A stretch of DNA of 64,000 nt from Paraspadella gotoi (Eukaryota; Animalia; Chaetognatha): the NCBI GenBank assembly GCA_051294375.1, contig CM119265.1:20928221-20992220 (forward strand). The letters are read 5' to 3'. This document shows, one piece after another, positions 1 to 12,622 of this stretch. The notes under the pieces were generated by a model that worked only from the letters and a program-made list of their open reading frames with translations, ran no database searches and had not been told where the DNA came from. Position numbers and translations under genes: made by a program. The first letter of the stretch is position 1. Each line of letters begins with the position of its first letter.

Positions 1-524
1 TGGCAAAAGGGGAAGTGGTGAAATTGGTGAATGGTTTGCGACGCAGATGAGGAGAATGAGGGGAACAAAATTATTGTTATTTTTGTTTTTTAATTAAAAA
101 TAGAGAACCTCGGTTATTTACCGTCCTCATGAAAATCTGACGAAATAGAATATGACAAAGAAAGCATTTTAGTCTTTACATGTCTCGTAAGATTTTATGT
201 TTAGAGTAAAATTCGGTTTGTTTATAGATATTTAAATATTTTTAAAGAGGGTAACGGTTTCCTTTTCCGACAAAGCAACGCCAACGACGACAACGCCAAC
301 GACATTTTCGACTTCGTCTCTAAATGTAAATTTCTTCTCTGTGGTGGAGCGAGTCATAAAATTACCAGTAAATCTAACATTTGAGAAGAGACGGTCGCCA
401 TTTTTGCTTTTCAACATGAATGAATTCAAAACCTTTGGTATCATCTTTTCAAAAACCACCCCATTTTGGTTCCTTAATGCCTGATCTTGATTTTAACTAT
501 AATATTTTGCCATATTCTGTTACC

Positions 525-660
525 AAACCCTGAACCCATAACAAAATCCCCAACCCTGATCATTAATCCTAAACCTTAGTCCCTAATCTATTACCCTAAT
601 CGCTAACCTAATCTCCTTATCCGAATCCCTTAACCCAAAGCCTTACCCTCGTCTCTAAAC
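525..660. repeat. Degenerate (CCCTAA)n telomere-like hexamer tract
   Basis: aaccctga/atcctaaaccttagtccctaatctattaccctaatcgctaacctaat..ccttaaccc: hexamer periodicity of CCCTAA variants. Confidence 0.55.
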
Positions 661-1330
661 GAAAAACTAACTTAATTCCGAATTTGAAATGGGACGTTTT
701 GAAAAGATAAGGTGAAACCTTCGAAACCTCAGCCGTTCAGCCTCTTCCGCTCATCAACACCTTTCACCCGATAGAATTTCAACCAAACCGATCTCCGAAA
801 ATGTAACCACGCCCCCCTTTACCGGAAGAAAGACGCACGTGTGCCTGACACGCTCCGACCCTCTCTCTCTCGCCTGCTCCACGTCAAATGAAAGACGCTG
901 GAAGAGAATCCACTTCCTTCTATTTTTTTTTCTTCTTCTTCTTCTTCTCATTTTCTTCTTCCTTTTTTTCTTCGCTTTTGTTATTCTTGTCTCCTTCCCG
1001 TTCTTCTTCTTTGTCTTCGTCGCCATCTTGAATTCTTTTTTTTTTTTACCGTGACGTCATCGTTTTTCCTTGATTCTTTGCCACGTAAGCTTTTTCCCCG
1101 AAGCCCGTCGTCGTCGTCGTCGTCGTCGTCGTCAATGGCGTCCTCGGCATTGTACCCGTCGCGACGGGCGCCAATGGTCACGGCTAAAAAGTAATAATCA
1201 ATTATTCATTTCAACGCTTTCAAACGATTTAATATAAGTACATAATAAAGACAAATTTGTATTATTCCTTCTCTTTTTCCTTCCCTAATTTTACCCATTT
1301 TCTATTATATCTACTAAATACTCAGCCTCT

Positions 1331-1387
1331 TCATCATCCTCATCCTCATCATCATCATCATCATCATCATCGTCATCATCATCATCG

Positions 1388-1427
<40 letters not shown>
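1331..1427. repeat. (CAT)n microsatellite
   Basis: About 30 catcat/cgt units. Confidence 0.95.
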
Positions 1428-2072
1428 TTCAAAAGCGTTCTTGACTTCCCCCCCTTCTTCCTCTCCATTATTTTCTTTCTCTTACATTCCCTTCCGATCC
1501 GCACCTCAAGTCACGTCTCTCGAAAATATGCCTCCTGCCCTTTATCCTCCACCTTTCCCTCCCCCTCCCCTTCCTCCTCCCTTCCACCGCCCTCGTTTTC
1601 ATCTCCTCCCAATATGCAATAAATCCTTCAACTAAGATTTACTTCCTTTTCCCCTCAATTTTTCTTTCTCTGCAACAAAAGAATAAAATTGTTTATCTTA
1701 TTTTTAGTCTTGTAGCAGTAAAAACGAAGCGAAACCCGTAAACGAACTAAAAAAAAGGTCACCAACTGCGGCTGCCGAACGAGGGAAATATTTAAATATT
1801 GAAAATGTATTTTTTAAAGTACATGATAGGTACATATTTCAAATACAGTATTACAATGAGACCTCCGTTTCTCGTCATGATAAAAATCTCTGTCGAGACG
1901 TAAGCCGGGCTTAAATGGAAAATAAAAAAAAAGAAAATTTAAAAATGTGAAAAAAAACTTAAGAGTTGGAAAAAGAAAATGGCTGGCGACAAGCTCCTGG
2001 CTCGGGATTGAATTTAAAACAATGACCCAGTCTCATGCAATTGTTTTTTTTTTTTCCTTTTGTTTTTATGAG

Positions 2073-3497
2073 ATGGCGAATTCCGGAGAGCGTAAGCACT
2101 TTTATTATTTATTGGTTTCGGTCTTTAATAAAAAGGTTTGGACAGAAAATGTAACTACGGAGTAAAGTTTGAGGTCGCCGTGAACTTGAAGAGTCAATAT
2201 TGAGTCAATTTATGATTAAACCTAAAAAAAAGAAATAAATAAAAAATGATATTTTAAATGTTCAATTTTTGACTTTTGTCACTTTTTAGGCGAATCGATT
2301 TTCGGGTCAAAAATCTTATTAAGAAAAACGGGAAAAGAGGAAGAAAAAGAAGAAGCGAAGGAGGAGCCAATCGGTAAAGAAAGAAGAGAGAGAGAGAGAC
2401 GAGAGATGAGAGAGAGAGAGCAGGAGAGAGAGAGAGAGAGAGAGGAGGAGAGAGTTATTGATTATTTGTATTTGTATTGTTAGATGTATGTAAGAGGTAA
2501 CTCCTTTGGTTTGATGACCTATTTTTTTCCTGGTATCTAATCGCATAAGTATATTCATTGTCGCGAATATCTATTGTCAATAAGATTATAAATACATGTA
2601 ATATATATATCTGTCTTGCCACTTTTTTATAACAAGAAAAAATTACATTCTGACCAGAAATCGAGGAAGAAGCGCTAGTTGCGGCCTGCATCGAGGACCT
2701 GCAGGCAGCGCTGCCTTCGCCCCCGGAATCCTTGGCGTCTCTTCGCTACACTGGTGAACAAAAGGAAAATTTCAGAGCTAATAATAATAAGTAAATAAAT
2801 AAATAAATAAATGCGCGACATCAATATTTTCATTTTCAATATCTACTACTTACAGGAAGATATTTTCGTAAGAATTGACAGCTCCCCTTGATTTATATAT
2901 TTTATAGAGATGTCTTTTGTTTAACAGTTCCAAAGGGCGGAGGCGTCGACAACGACAGCGACGTCGCCGACTTCGTCCGAAAACTCGCGGATGAACACGA
3001 CGAAGTCGAAATCTCTGTCGACGATGGCCGCGTGAAAATCAGTGGACCCCAGGTTAGGTGTGGTCGGGCCGGGAGGCGGGAAGCTGGGGTCGCTCTTTTC
3101 CTGCAGGTCAAGGTACCGGGTTCAATCCCAAACGGTCGTCACGAGCCGCCGGGTCGCGTCTGAGGGAACGATGATTTATAGCGGGGTGAACCGAGGGCCG
3201 AGGCAATGCCCGCTTCCTTATTGAGTCGAATTTAAATAAATGCTAAGGCCTTAGTATTACTATTACTCTCCCCCTTTCAGGAACACGCTCAAGAAGTCTT
3301 CGACGAGTTGGTGGATGCGTTCGGAGAGTCGCCTCAGGAGGAAGAGGAAGAGGAGGAGGTCGAGGAGGAGGTGATGGTGGAGGAGGCGAAGGAGGTGGCG
3401 GCGGAAGTAGGAAGAGGAGAGGAAGAAGAAGAACTCATCAAACTCATGACGGAGGAAGAAGAAGAAGAAGAAGAAATAGGAGATGGAGAACGTGAGG

Positions 3498-3528
<31 letters not shown>

Positions 3529-6500
3529 AAAACTAAATGGCGCCGACGCCGACGCCGACGACGGCGACGACGAAAAGAGCGATGAAAAAAGAACTAGCGT
3601 CGCCAGTGATAAAAGTGACAAATGCGAATCTGTGAACAAAGACAACAGTGAGGTTCGTGCAAACGCGGACGACGTGAGCCGCAAAAAAGACGACGACGAC
3701 GACGACGACGAAAACGCGGAAAACGACGATAACGACGAAAAAAAGGACGAAAAGAAAGACGACGTCGACAAAGAAGGCGACGGCGACGGCGACGGCGAAG
3801 ACAACGCCGACGAAGAAGACGACGCTGTCGAGGAGAACGGCAACGCTGGTGAGGATAACAGTGACGCTGGCGAGGAGAACGGCGACGCCGGCGAGGATAA
3901 CGGTGACGCCGGCGAGGAGAACGGCGACGCCGGCGAGGAGAACGGCAACGCTGGCGAGGATAACGGTGACGCGGCCGAAGGGAACGGCGATGCCGGCGAG
4001 GAGAATGGTGACGCTGGTGATGAGCACGGCGAGGCTGGTGAGGAAAACGGCGGTGCCGGCGAGGAGAACGGCGACGCCGGCAAAGATAACGGCGATGCCG
4101 ACGAGAATGGTGAAAAGGATGACGGCGACGGTAAAGACGATGAAGAAAAAAATAAAGACGATAACGACGACAAACATGATGACGAAGACAAGAAAGAAGA
4201 TGACCAAGAAGAAAAAGACGATGACGAAATAAATGAGCAACAACAATCCGAAAAAAGCGAACACAAATCGGAAAAACAGTCGGAAAAAAGCGAAAAACAC
4301 TCGGAAAAAAGTGAAAAACCATCGAGAAAAAGTGAATTAATTTCCGGAAAAAGCGAAAAAATATCTAAAAAAAGCGACAAGGGCGATAAACGTTCGATCC
4401 GCAGCGAAAAACTTTCCGAAAAAAAAGACAAAAAATCTGAAAAAATGGAAAAAACTGAAGAGAAAGAAGATGAAAAGGACGACGTCACCGAAGAAGGGAT
4501 CGACGAATTGAGCGATAAAGAAGAGGTCAAGGAGGCCGACATCTCAGGAATGGAAAATGAGGAATTGGAGGCTGGAGCCGAGAGAGAAGATGGAGGGGAG
4601 GTCAAAGATGGAGAGAGTGTAAAGGAGGAAGTGAAGGAAGAAGAGGCTAAAGAAGAAGAGAGTGGAAAGAAGGAAGATGAAGACGAGGTGAAGGACAAAG
4701 AAAGTGAAAAGGAGGAAGAAGAGGAAAAAGAAAAGAAAGAAGAAGATGAGGAGAAAGACGAGGAAAGTGAAAAGAAGGAAGAAGATGAGGAGAAAGATGA
4801 AGAAAGTGAAAAGAAGGAAGATGAAGGTGAAGATGAAGCAAAAGATGAAGAGTGTGTCAAGAATGAAGAAGACGAGGTGAAAGATGAAGAAAGTGAGAAG
4901 AAGAAAGAAGATGAGGAGAAAGACGAGGAAAGTGAAAAGAAGGAAGAATATGAAGGTGAAGTGAAAGATGAAGAGAGTGAAAGGAATGAAGAAGATAAGG
5001 AGAAAGATGAGGAAAGTGAAAAGAATAAAGATGAAGGTGAAGATGAAGCAAAAGATGAAGAGTGTGTCAAGAATGAAGAAGACGAGGTGAAAGATGAAGA
5101 AAGTGAGAAGAAGAAAGAAGATGAGGAGAAAGACGAGGAAAGTGAAAAGAAGGAAGAAGATGAAGATGAGGTGAAAGATGAAGAAAGTGAAAAGAAGGAA
5201 GAAGATGAGGAGAAAGATGAGGAAAGTGAAAAGAAGAAAGATGAAGGTGAAGATGAAGCAAAAGATGAAGAGTGTGTCAAGAACGATGAAGATGAGGTCA
5301 AAGATGAAGAAAGTGAAAAGAAGGAAGAAGATGAGGAGAAAGATGAAGAGAGTAAAAAGGATGAAGAGAATGAGGATGAGACAAAAGATGGAGAGAGTGA
5401 AAAAAATGATGAAGAAGAAGCAAAAGATGAAGAGAGTGCAAAGAATGAAGAGAAAGAAGATGAGGCAAAAGATGAAGAGAGTAAAAAGGATGAAGAGAAT
5501 GAGGATGAGACGAAAGCTGGAGAGAGTGAAAAAAAAATGGATGAAGGAGAAGATGATAGCCAGCACAAGGCTAAAAGTGAAAAAGAAAATGAAAGTAAGA
5601 AAGATGAAGGTAATGAAGAAAACGAAACAAAAACTGAAAAAGATGAAGAGCAGAAGGATGAAACAAGTGTGACTGATGAGAAAAGTAAAAAGGACGACGA
5701 AAAAAGCACAAAAGAAAAAAACAGTGAAAAAGAAGAGGCAAGTGGTAAAGGTGAGGAAAGCAAAGGGGATGATATAAGCATGAAAGAACATGAAGCTTGT
5801 AAGGATGATGACAAAGGAGGTGAGCCAAGCAGTAAAGGTGATAAAAGTGAAAGGGATGAAGATAAAGAAACTAAAGATGAAACAAGTGAAAGAAAAGACA
5901 TAAGTGAAAAAGATGAGAAAATAGAAGATAGCAAAAAAGAGGAGGGTAATACAACAGATGATGAGGCAAGCGTTCAAGATGAAAAAAGTAAATCGGATAA
6001 AAAGAGTGAACCAGCCGGTGGAAAAGATGATGAGGATAAAAGTAAAACAGAAGAAAAAAGTGAAAAAGAGGATGAAGATAAGCAAGAGGAAGAAGCAAAT
6101 GAAACAGATGACAAAGATGAAAAAGAGGAAACAGATGACAAATTCAAAGATGATAAAAGTGAAAAAAGTAAAAAGAGTGACAGGGGTGATAAAAGTGAAA
6201 AAGAGGAAAAGAGTGGAAAAGATGCTGATGCAAGTGTCCACGATGAAAAAAGCGCAAAGGTTGAACAGATAAGTGAAAAAGACGAAAAGAAAAGTGTAAA
6301 AGACGATGAAGGAAAAAAGGACGATGAAAGTGACAAAGTAGGAAAAACAAAATCGGAAGACGAAGACAAAGTTAAAGACGAGACTAACGTTGATGATGAC
6401 GATCAAAAAACTATAGATGATGATGTCATCGTGATCGAGGAAGCGGACCTAGTAGAAGGAGCCTGTTTCAGCAAAGCTGATGAGGATGAAAATGTCCAAG

Positions 6501-8245
6501 ATGAATGCCAACCTGGAGACGAACAAGGTAGTGAAACAAAAGAAGAAAGCAAACAGAATGAAGACTCAGAGAATCAAAAGAATGAAAAAACTGGTGAGAA
6601 GTCTGAGCCAAAAGACGTCGACCAGGAGGATAAAACTGAAGTAGAAGATGAATTAAAAGAAGAAAATAGCAAAGAAGAGAAGAACCAAAGTGAAAATGAA
6701 AATCTAGAAAAAGATGAGGACAAAAGTGAAGAAAAGGAGGATAAAGACGATAAAGCTGAAGAGAAAAGTGAAGAAAAGGTTGAAGAAGAACCCGAAGAGA
6801 AACAAGAAAATCCCAGTGACGAAAAAGATAATAAAAGTGAAAAAGCAGAGGAGAAAAGTGAAGGAAAAGAAGAGGACAAAACTGAAAAATCAGAGAAGAA
6901 AATCGAGGAAAAGGATGACAAGAGTTTAGAAAAAGCAGATGAAACTGAAGAAAAAGATGAGAAAACAGAAGAAAAAGATGATTTAAAGGAGGATGAAGAT
7001 GATAAAAAGGAAAAAGATGACGAAGAGGATAAGAAAGATAAAGATGAAAGCAAAGAGGAAGATGGTGAAAAAAGTGAAAAAGAAGATGAAGACGTAAGTA
7101 AAGAAAAGGAACCGGACAAAAGTGAAGAAAAAAATGCAAATAAAAGTGAAGAAAAAGAAGCGGACAAAAGTGAAAAAGAAGCGGACAAAAGTGAAAAAGA
7201 AGCAGAAAAAAGTGAAGAAAAAGAAGCGGACAAAAGTGAAAAAACAGAAAAAAGTGAAGAAAAAGAAGTTGACAAAATCAAAAACGAAGATGGAGAAAAA
7301 AGCGAAAAAGAAGAGGACAAAAGTGTAGAAAAAGATGTGGACAAAAGCGAAAAAGAAGAAGAAGATAAAAGTAAAAAAGAAGCGGACAAAAGTGAAGAAA
7401 AAGAAGCGGACAAAAGCGAAAAAGAAGCAGATAAAAGTGAAAAAGAATCAGACAAAAGCGAAGAAAAAGAAGCGGACAAAAGCGAAAACAAAGATGTAGA
7501 CAAAAGCGAAAAAGAAGAAGCAGATAAAAGTGAAAAAGAAGCAGACAAAAGCGAAGAAAAAGAAGCAGAGAAAAGCGAAAACAAAGATGCAGACAAAAGC
7601 GAAAAAGAAGCGGACAAAAGTGAAGAAAAAGAAGCGGACAAAAGCGAAAAAGAAGAAGGAGATAAAAGTGAAAAAGATTTGGACAAAAGCAAAGAAAAAG
7701 AAGCGGAAAAAAGCGAAAACAAAGATGCAGACAAAAGCGAAAAAGATTCGGACAAAAGCGAAGAAAAAGAAGCGGACAAAAGCGAAAACAATGATGCAGA
7801 CAAAAGCGAAAAAGATTCGGATAAAAGCGAAGAAAAAGAAGCGGAGAAAAGCGAAAACAAAGATGCAGACAAAAGCGAAAAAGATGTGGACAAAAGCGAA
7901 AAAGAAGAAGCGGACAAAAGTGAAGCCGCTGACGAAACCCCGGATGACGACGACTCGACAGAAATGGAATTCATGATTCCATCCTCACTCGCCTACATTA
8001 TGTTGACGTCTCGATGTCTGAGTCGATTCTCGACAGAAATCGAAAATATCGAGCGGGAGACAAAAACTCAAATTAGTGTCGCCTCACCCGTGGAGGAGGA
8101 CCAAGTCAAACTCGCCGTAAAAGGAAAGGCCGACGGGTGCGACGCTGCCAAAGTAAGTCTTGGTGAGGTGAGGAAGGGAAGAAACTCGCGGTTTGGGATT
8201 CGTATTTTATATATATATACATTTATTTATTTATTTTGTATTGTT

Positions 8246-8296
<51 letters not shown>

Positions 8297-8436
8297 TGTA
8301 TTTATTTATTTATTTATTTATATTTATTTATTTATTTATTTATTTATTTATTTTATTATTTATTATTATTTATTTATTTATTTATTTATTTTTATTTAAT
8401 TTACATATTTATTTATTTATTTATTCTTTCTTTTCT

Positions 8437-8506
<70 letters not shown>

Positions 8507-9421
8507 CTTTCGCAATGAAAAACTGCTTTCACTCCTTTCATCAATGTTGTTCTCTTAAAACTGAATTAGAAATCCGTCAGTCCATCTGTGAAAATAAAAC
8601 TTGTTTTATTAAATCTCCGGAGAATATAAGATCTCGGTTACTAATACTAATTCGTGGAGCGAACGACGAAAAAGATCCCGGCTGAATTAACGAGAAATCC
8701 CGAAAGAGACTTATTTCTGAGCGGGAAAAAAAAAGTTGGCAGACTTCTCGGCATAGAGATAGTGGTACCAGACTTAGCGGGGAAGACCCAGAACCATTGG
8801 CGCGAGAAAAATGGTTGGCGCTCCGTCATTTCATCATTCGCTCCGAAGGGAATTTTTTTTTTAGTTGGACTCTTCCTCTTTTTGGAGCTAACTTGACCTT
8901 TGGCATGGTGAACTTTTAGAGGGGAAAGAGAGATATATATAAAGGATATATATAATATTATATATATATATTATAAATATATATTATAAATATATATATA
9001 ATTTATATATATATTTTATAATTCGTATACTACATACTACATACTACGTACTTACATGGGGAAACGAGCCTGCTAAGGAATTAAATTAAATTAAATTAAA
9101 TATATAAATTAAATATATAAATCAAAGAAGAGTCAATTATCATTAGTCTCTCCCTCTCCATTCCTCTTACAAAATGTCTTTCAAACTATCACATCGCCAA
9201 CGCAAAAGTCAAAAGATAAAACATAAATAAGAATCAGAAACAATAAAAAAGAGAAAAAGGAGACGGTTTGACCTTCGGCCAGCACACCTGCGCCATCTGC
9301 GGCTCCCGCAGCACCTGCGGCACCTGCGGCACCAGCGGCACCTGTCCCGTGAAAAACGGTAGTCGCGCTCCAACCTTGAGCAAGAACAAGAGAGAGCGCG
9401 CGCGTTCTCGTCGTACATCAG

Positions 9422-9485
<64 letters not shown>

Positions 9486-12400
9486 CCTGCGGCGTCGTTA
9501 GAACGAAAGAGAAAAGAAGAAAACCGGCCGCGTCGGGTTTGAGAGTCTCACTCGGCGTCTCCCCTTCGTTGCCTGGGCAACGCCGGGCCGCGCCGGTTGG
9601 TCCGAAGAAGCGTCGGGCCGGACGACGGAGTTGAGCAAAGTCTTGACGTCATTGGTTGCCGCGGCGCCCGTTCGTGACTCGGGAGGCGGCGCTTCGTCGT
9701 TCATTGGACGGCGTCGTCCGATTCTAGGCGCTGATTGGCTGGATGTTAAGAATAGAAAGAATTAAGAAGGATTTGTTAGAAAGCGAATTCTTATGTTCGG
9801 TTTTCAGTGGGAGCGATTCCTCGACGATACTGGTTATTTTTTGTTTCATTACTGAATTAAGTTTTAATCTAATTAAATTGATATTTTAACAATAATAGAA
9901 AATATCACGAAGAAGTATAAAAAAATGAAGAAAGTGAGCCTTCTATCTCGCGATATTTTATAAAATATTTAAAAAACATAAAATTTTATGTTAATAAAAA
10001 AAACAAAATCATTTAGTTATAATATCATTATTATTATTTTTTTTAACAATTCTAAAATAAAAACGAAAAAAATTTTCTTGATTACGTCATCGTGGGAATC
10101 GCGCCCACGTATCCACCCCATGCTATATGGCACTTTTCGCTCTCTCTTGAATGCCCAAAACTCTTCTCTCAGCTCCCACCGGCTTTCCTATCATTTTTCT
10201 TTTCTTTCAGCTACTCTTCGCTTCTTTCTCTTTCAGTTGCAACCTCATATCCTTTTTTTCCTCTTATTTATTTTTTTACTTTTATACTCCCTTCGCTACT
10301 TATCTCCGAATCAACGTATCATACATGATCATATATTAAAACAAAACAAAAAGATAACAAATAATTCGTAATCCGTAATCCGTGGCATCGTGAAAAATAA
10401 TTACTACTCGCATAAACATTAAACGAGTGATTTCGTTACTATATAAACAAACAACTGAAAAATACGGACCTTCGCATTCTGCAAAAAAAAAAAGGACAAG
10501 ACTTTTTGCGGACATTTTGGTTCGTTTCGTCATCCAGATACAAATTTTAATCTCTTGTTGGTTTCTTAATTCTCACGGACGGCTGGTTTGCGACGTCTAT
10601 TTAATATTGTGACAGGTATCACTGGTATGACGGATTTTAGAAACGATACCTAAAATAAGAAGGGGGAAATATTCGTTGTTTTTAATCAAATTGTTACTGT
10701 TAATGGTCCTACGTTTGGTCCCGAGACATCAACTGAAAAATCTATGATGTATAATCACTTTAATGTTTTTTGAAGAGAGTTTACAAATCTTAATAAATTT
10801 ATATCAAAAGAACCTACAATCCCTTCGTTCAGGAAAAACTGTCTCTTTTCGTGGATTCGGAGAAGGAATTTCGTCAGGAGTTGGAAAGTGACGCCGACGC
10901 CGCCGCAAAAGACGCCGCGACGCCGGAATGGTTGGCGGCGGTCAAGTCGGCCGACGCCGCCGCCTTCGGAGTTGATAAACGTGAGACATTGGTGGAGCTG
11001 GAATAGATTGGAATAAATAAATATAAATATACTATGTCTGCACTGATAAATTTTATCATTACATTTGTTTTCACTAATCATAACTAATTAAACAATCTCT
11101 CGTCTCTATTTACGATTATATCATTTTGTTTGGATTATGTTATGACTATTGACTAATACATATAATCGGCTGTCAAGCAAAGAGGAGTTTAGGCACATTC
11201 TATAACTTATAACTTATAATATAAGTGACCTATTTCCCACTAAATGGTTGCGTAGTGAATCCCAGCCTCCCCGAGCCTTCTCCAGTAAGATATCTTTCAC
11301 TCATCATGGCAAAGATGACCACACAAATTCCGCTAGAATAAGCGAAAATGAATCCCACGTTCCCCCCACCCCCACCCCCACCCCCACCCCCAGATTCCCT
11401 TCGACTCCTTCACAACGAAGACGATGACGTCGAGATTTCAACTGCCGCGTTTCCTTCCGGCGCCGACGACGCCCCCTACTTCCGGTGCCATGTGGCGTCG
11501 GTCGCGCCCGTCGACGAATGGGCGGACGGCGTGGTGGCGCTGTGGGCGACGCCGCACGATGGCGCCGAGAACGAGGAGATGCGAATAATGAAAGAGGAAA
11601 TGGGAAAGTTTTACGGAAACGATGGAAACAAGGAAAAGGTGAGGTACTACGATGGACAGTTTTCTTTTTTATATATATATATATTTATAAATATATTTAT
11701 TATTCATTCTTTCATTTATTCATTCATTACCATATTACTTTAATTCATATCTTTGTTCATCCATACTTCAATAATTTCATTCTCCCATTCTCGATGCTCA
11801 TCCTCCTCTTCCCGTCCCTCTTCTTCGTCTTCTTCTTCAGCCATTTTTTCCCATAAACTATTTATTTGTTAATTCATTCGTTCCTTACTTTAATTCATAG
11901 CTGCATTCATTCATCCATTAATTATCGAATTCGCTCATTTAGCAATCAATAATCCATTCATTTATTCCTTGATTCATACATTTATTCATTCATCATCATC
12001 CTCGATTCAGTGGGAGCTTCCCGAATCCCCGACGGCCAACGACGTCGTCGCCGTCTCCACGTCTCTTTGGCCGGACGATTGGCTCCGCGCCGTCGTCTTG
12101 GAAACGCTCGTCGACGAAGATGATGGGGAAGATGATGGAGAAAATGGAAAGGATGGAGAAGGTGATGGAGAAAATGGGGGAAATGATGTCGACGACGCTG
12201 GTGACGATGACGACGAAGGCGATGAAGGAACTGATGAGGTTGAAAAAGAGATAGAGGAAGGAAAGGAGGAAGGCGAGAGGAAGAAGGAGAAGGCGGGAGA
12301 AGTGAAGGAGGAAGAAGAGAAAAGGGAAGGGGAGGAGAAAGAGGAAGAAGACTCACCCGACGACGAGACTTACTTTTGGGTTCGACTCCTCGACTTGGGT

Positions 12401-12534
12401 TCCGTCGTCAAAGTCTCTCGATCAAATGTCAGAAGGCTGAGGTGAGAATTCTCATCTCGATATTTATCCGATATCCGATTCAATATGAAATCAGATCGAG
12501 TTGTTCATCATTCAGACTCATTCGCATATAAATT

Positions 12535-12589
<55 letters not shown>

Positions 12590-12590
12590 T

Positions 12591-12622
<32 letters not shown>

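Noticed and set aside
525-660. True telomere or chromosome-breakage/telomere-addition site
   Set aside because: The hexamers are highly degenerate and internal, with ordinary sequence on both sides.
1257-1622. Poly-His ORF
   Set aside because: Translation of a (CAT)n microsatellite; no other coding support on +.
4680-7925. Regularly spaced repeats as a possible CRISPR array
   Set aside because: In-frame coding repeats without unique spacers, in a eukaryotic gene with no cas genes.
3334-7974. Long minus-strand and alternate-frame ORFs (866, 620, 466 aa and others) rich in S/F/L or K/M/R
   Set aside because: Shadows of the GAA/GAT/AAA-rich acidic exon, whose antisense strand naturally lacks stop codons.
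8168-8685. Hydrophobic FIYL/FFLS 'transmembrane' tail of ORF 3308..8518 and overlapping ORFs
   Set aside because: Read-through into intronic (ATTT)n/(CTTT)n microsatellite after splice donors at 8153 and 8168.
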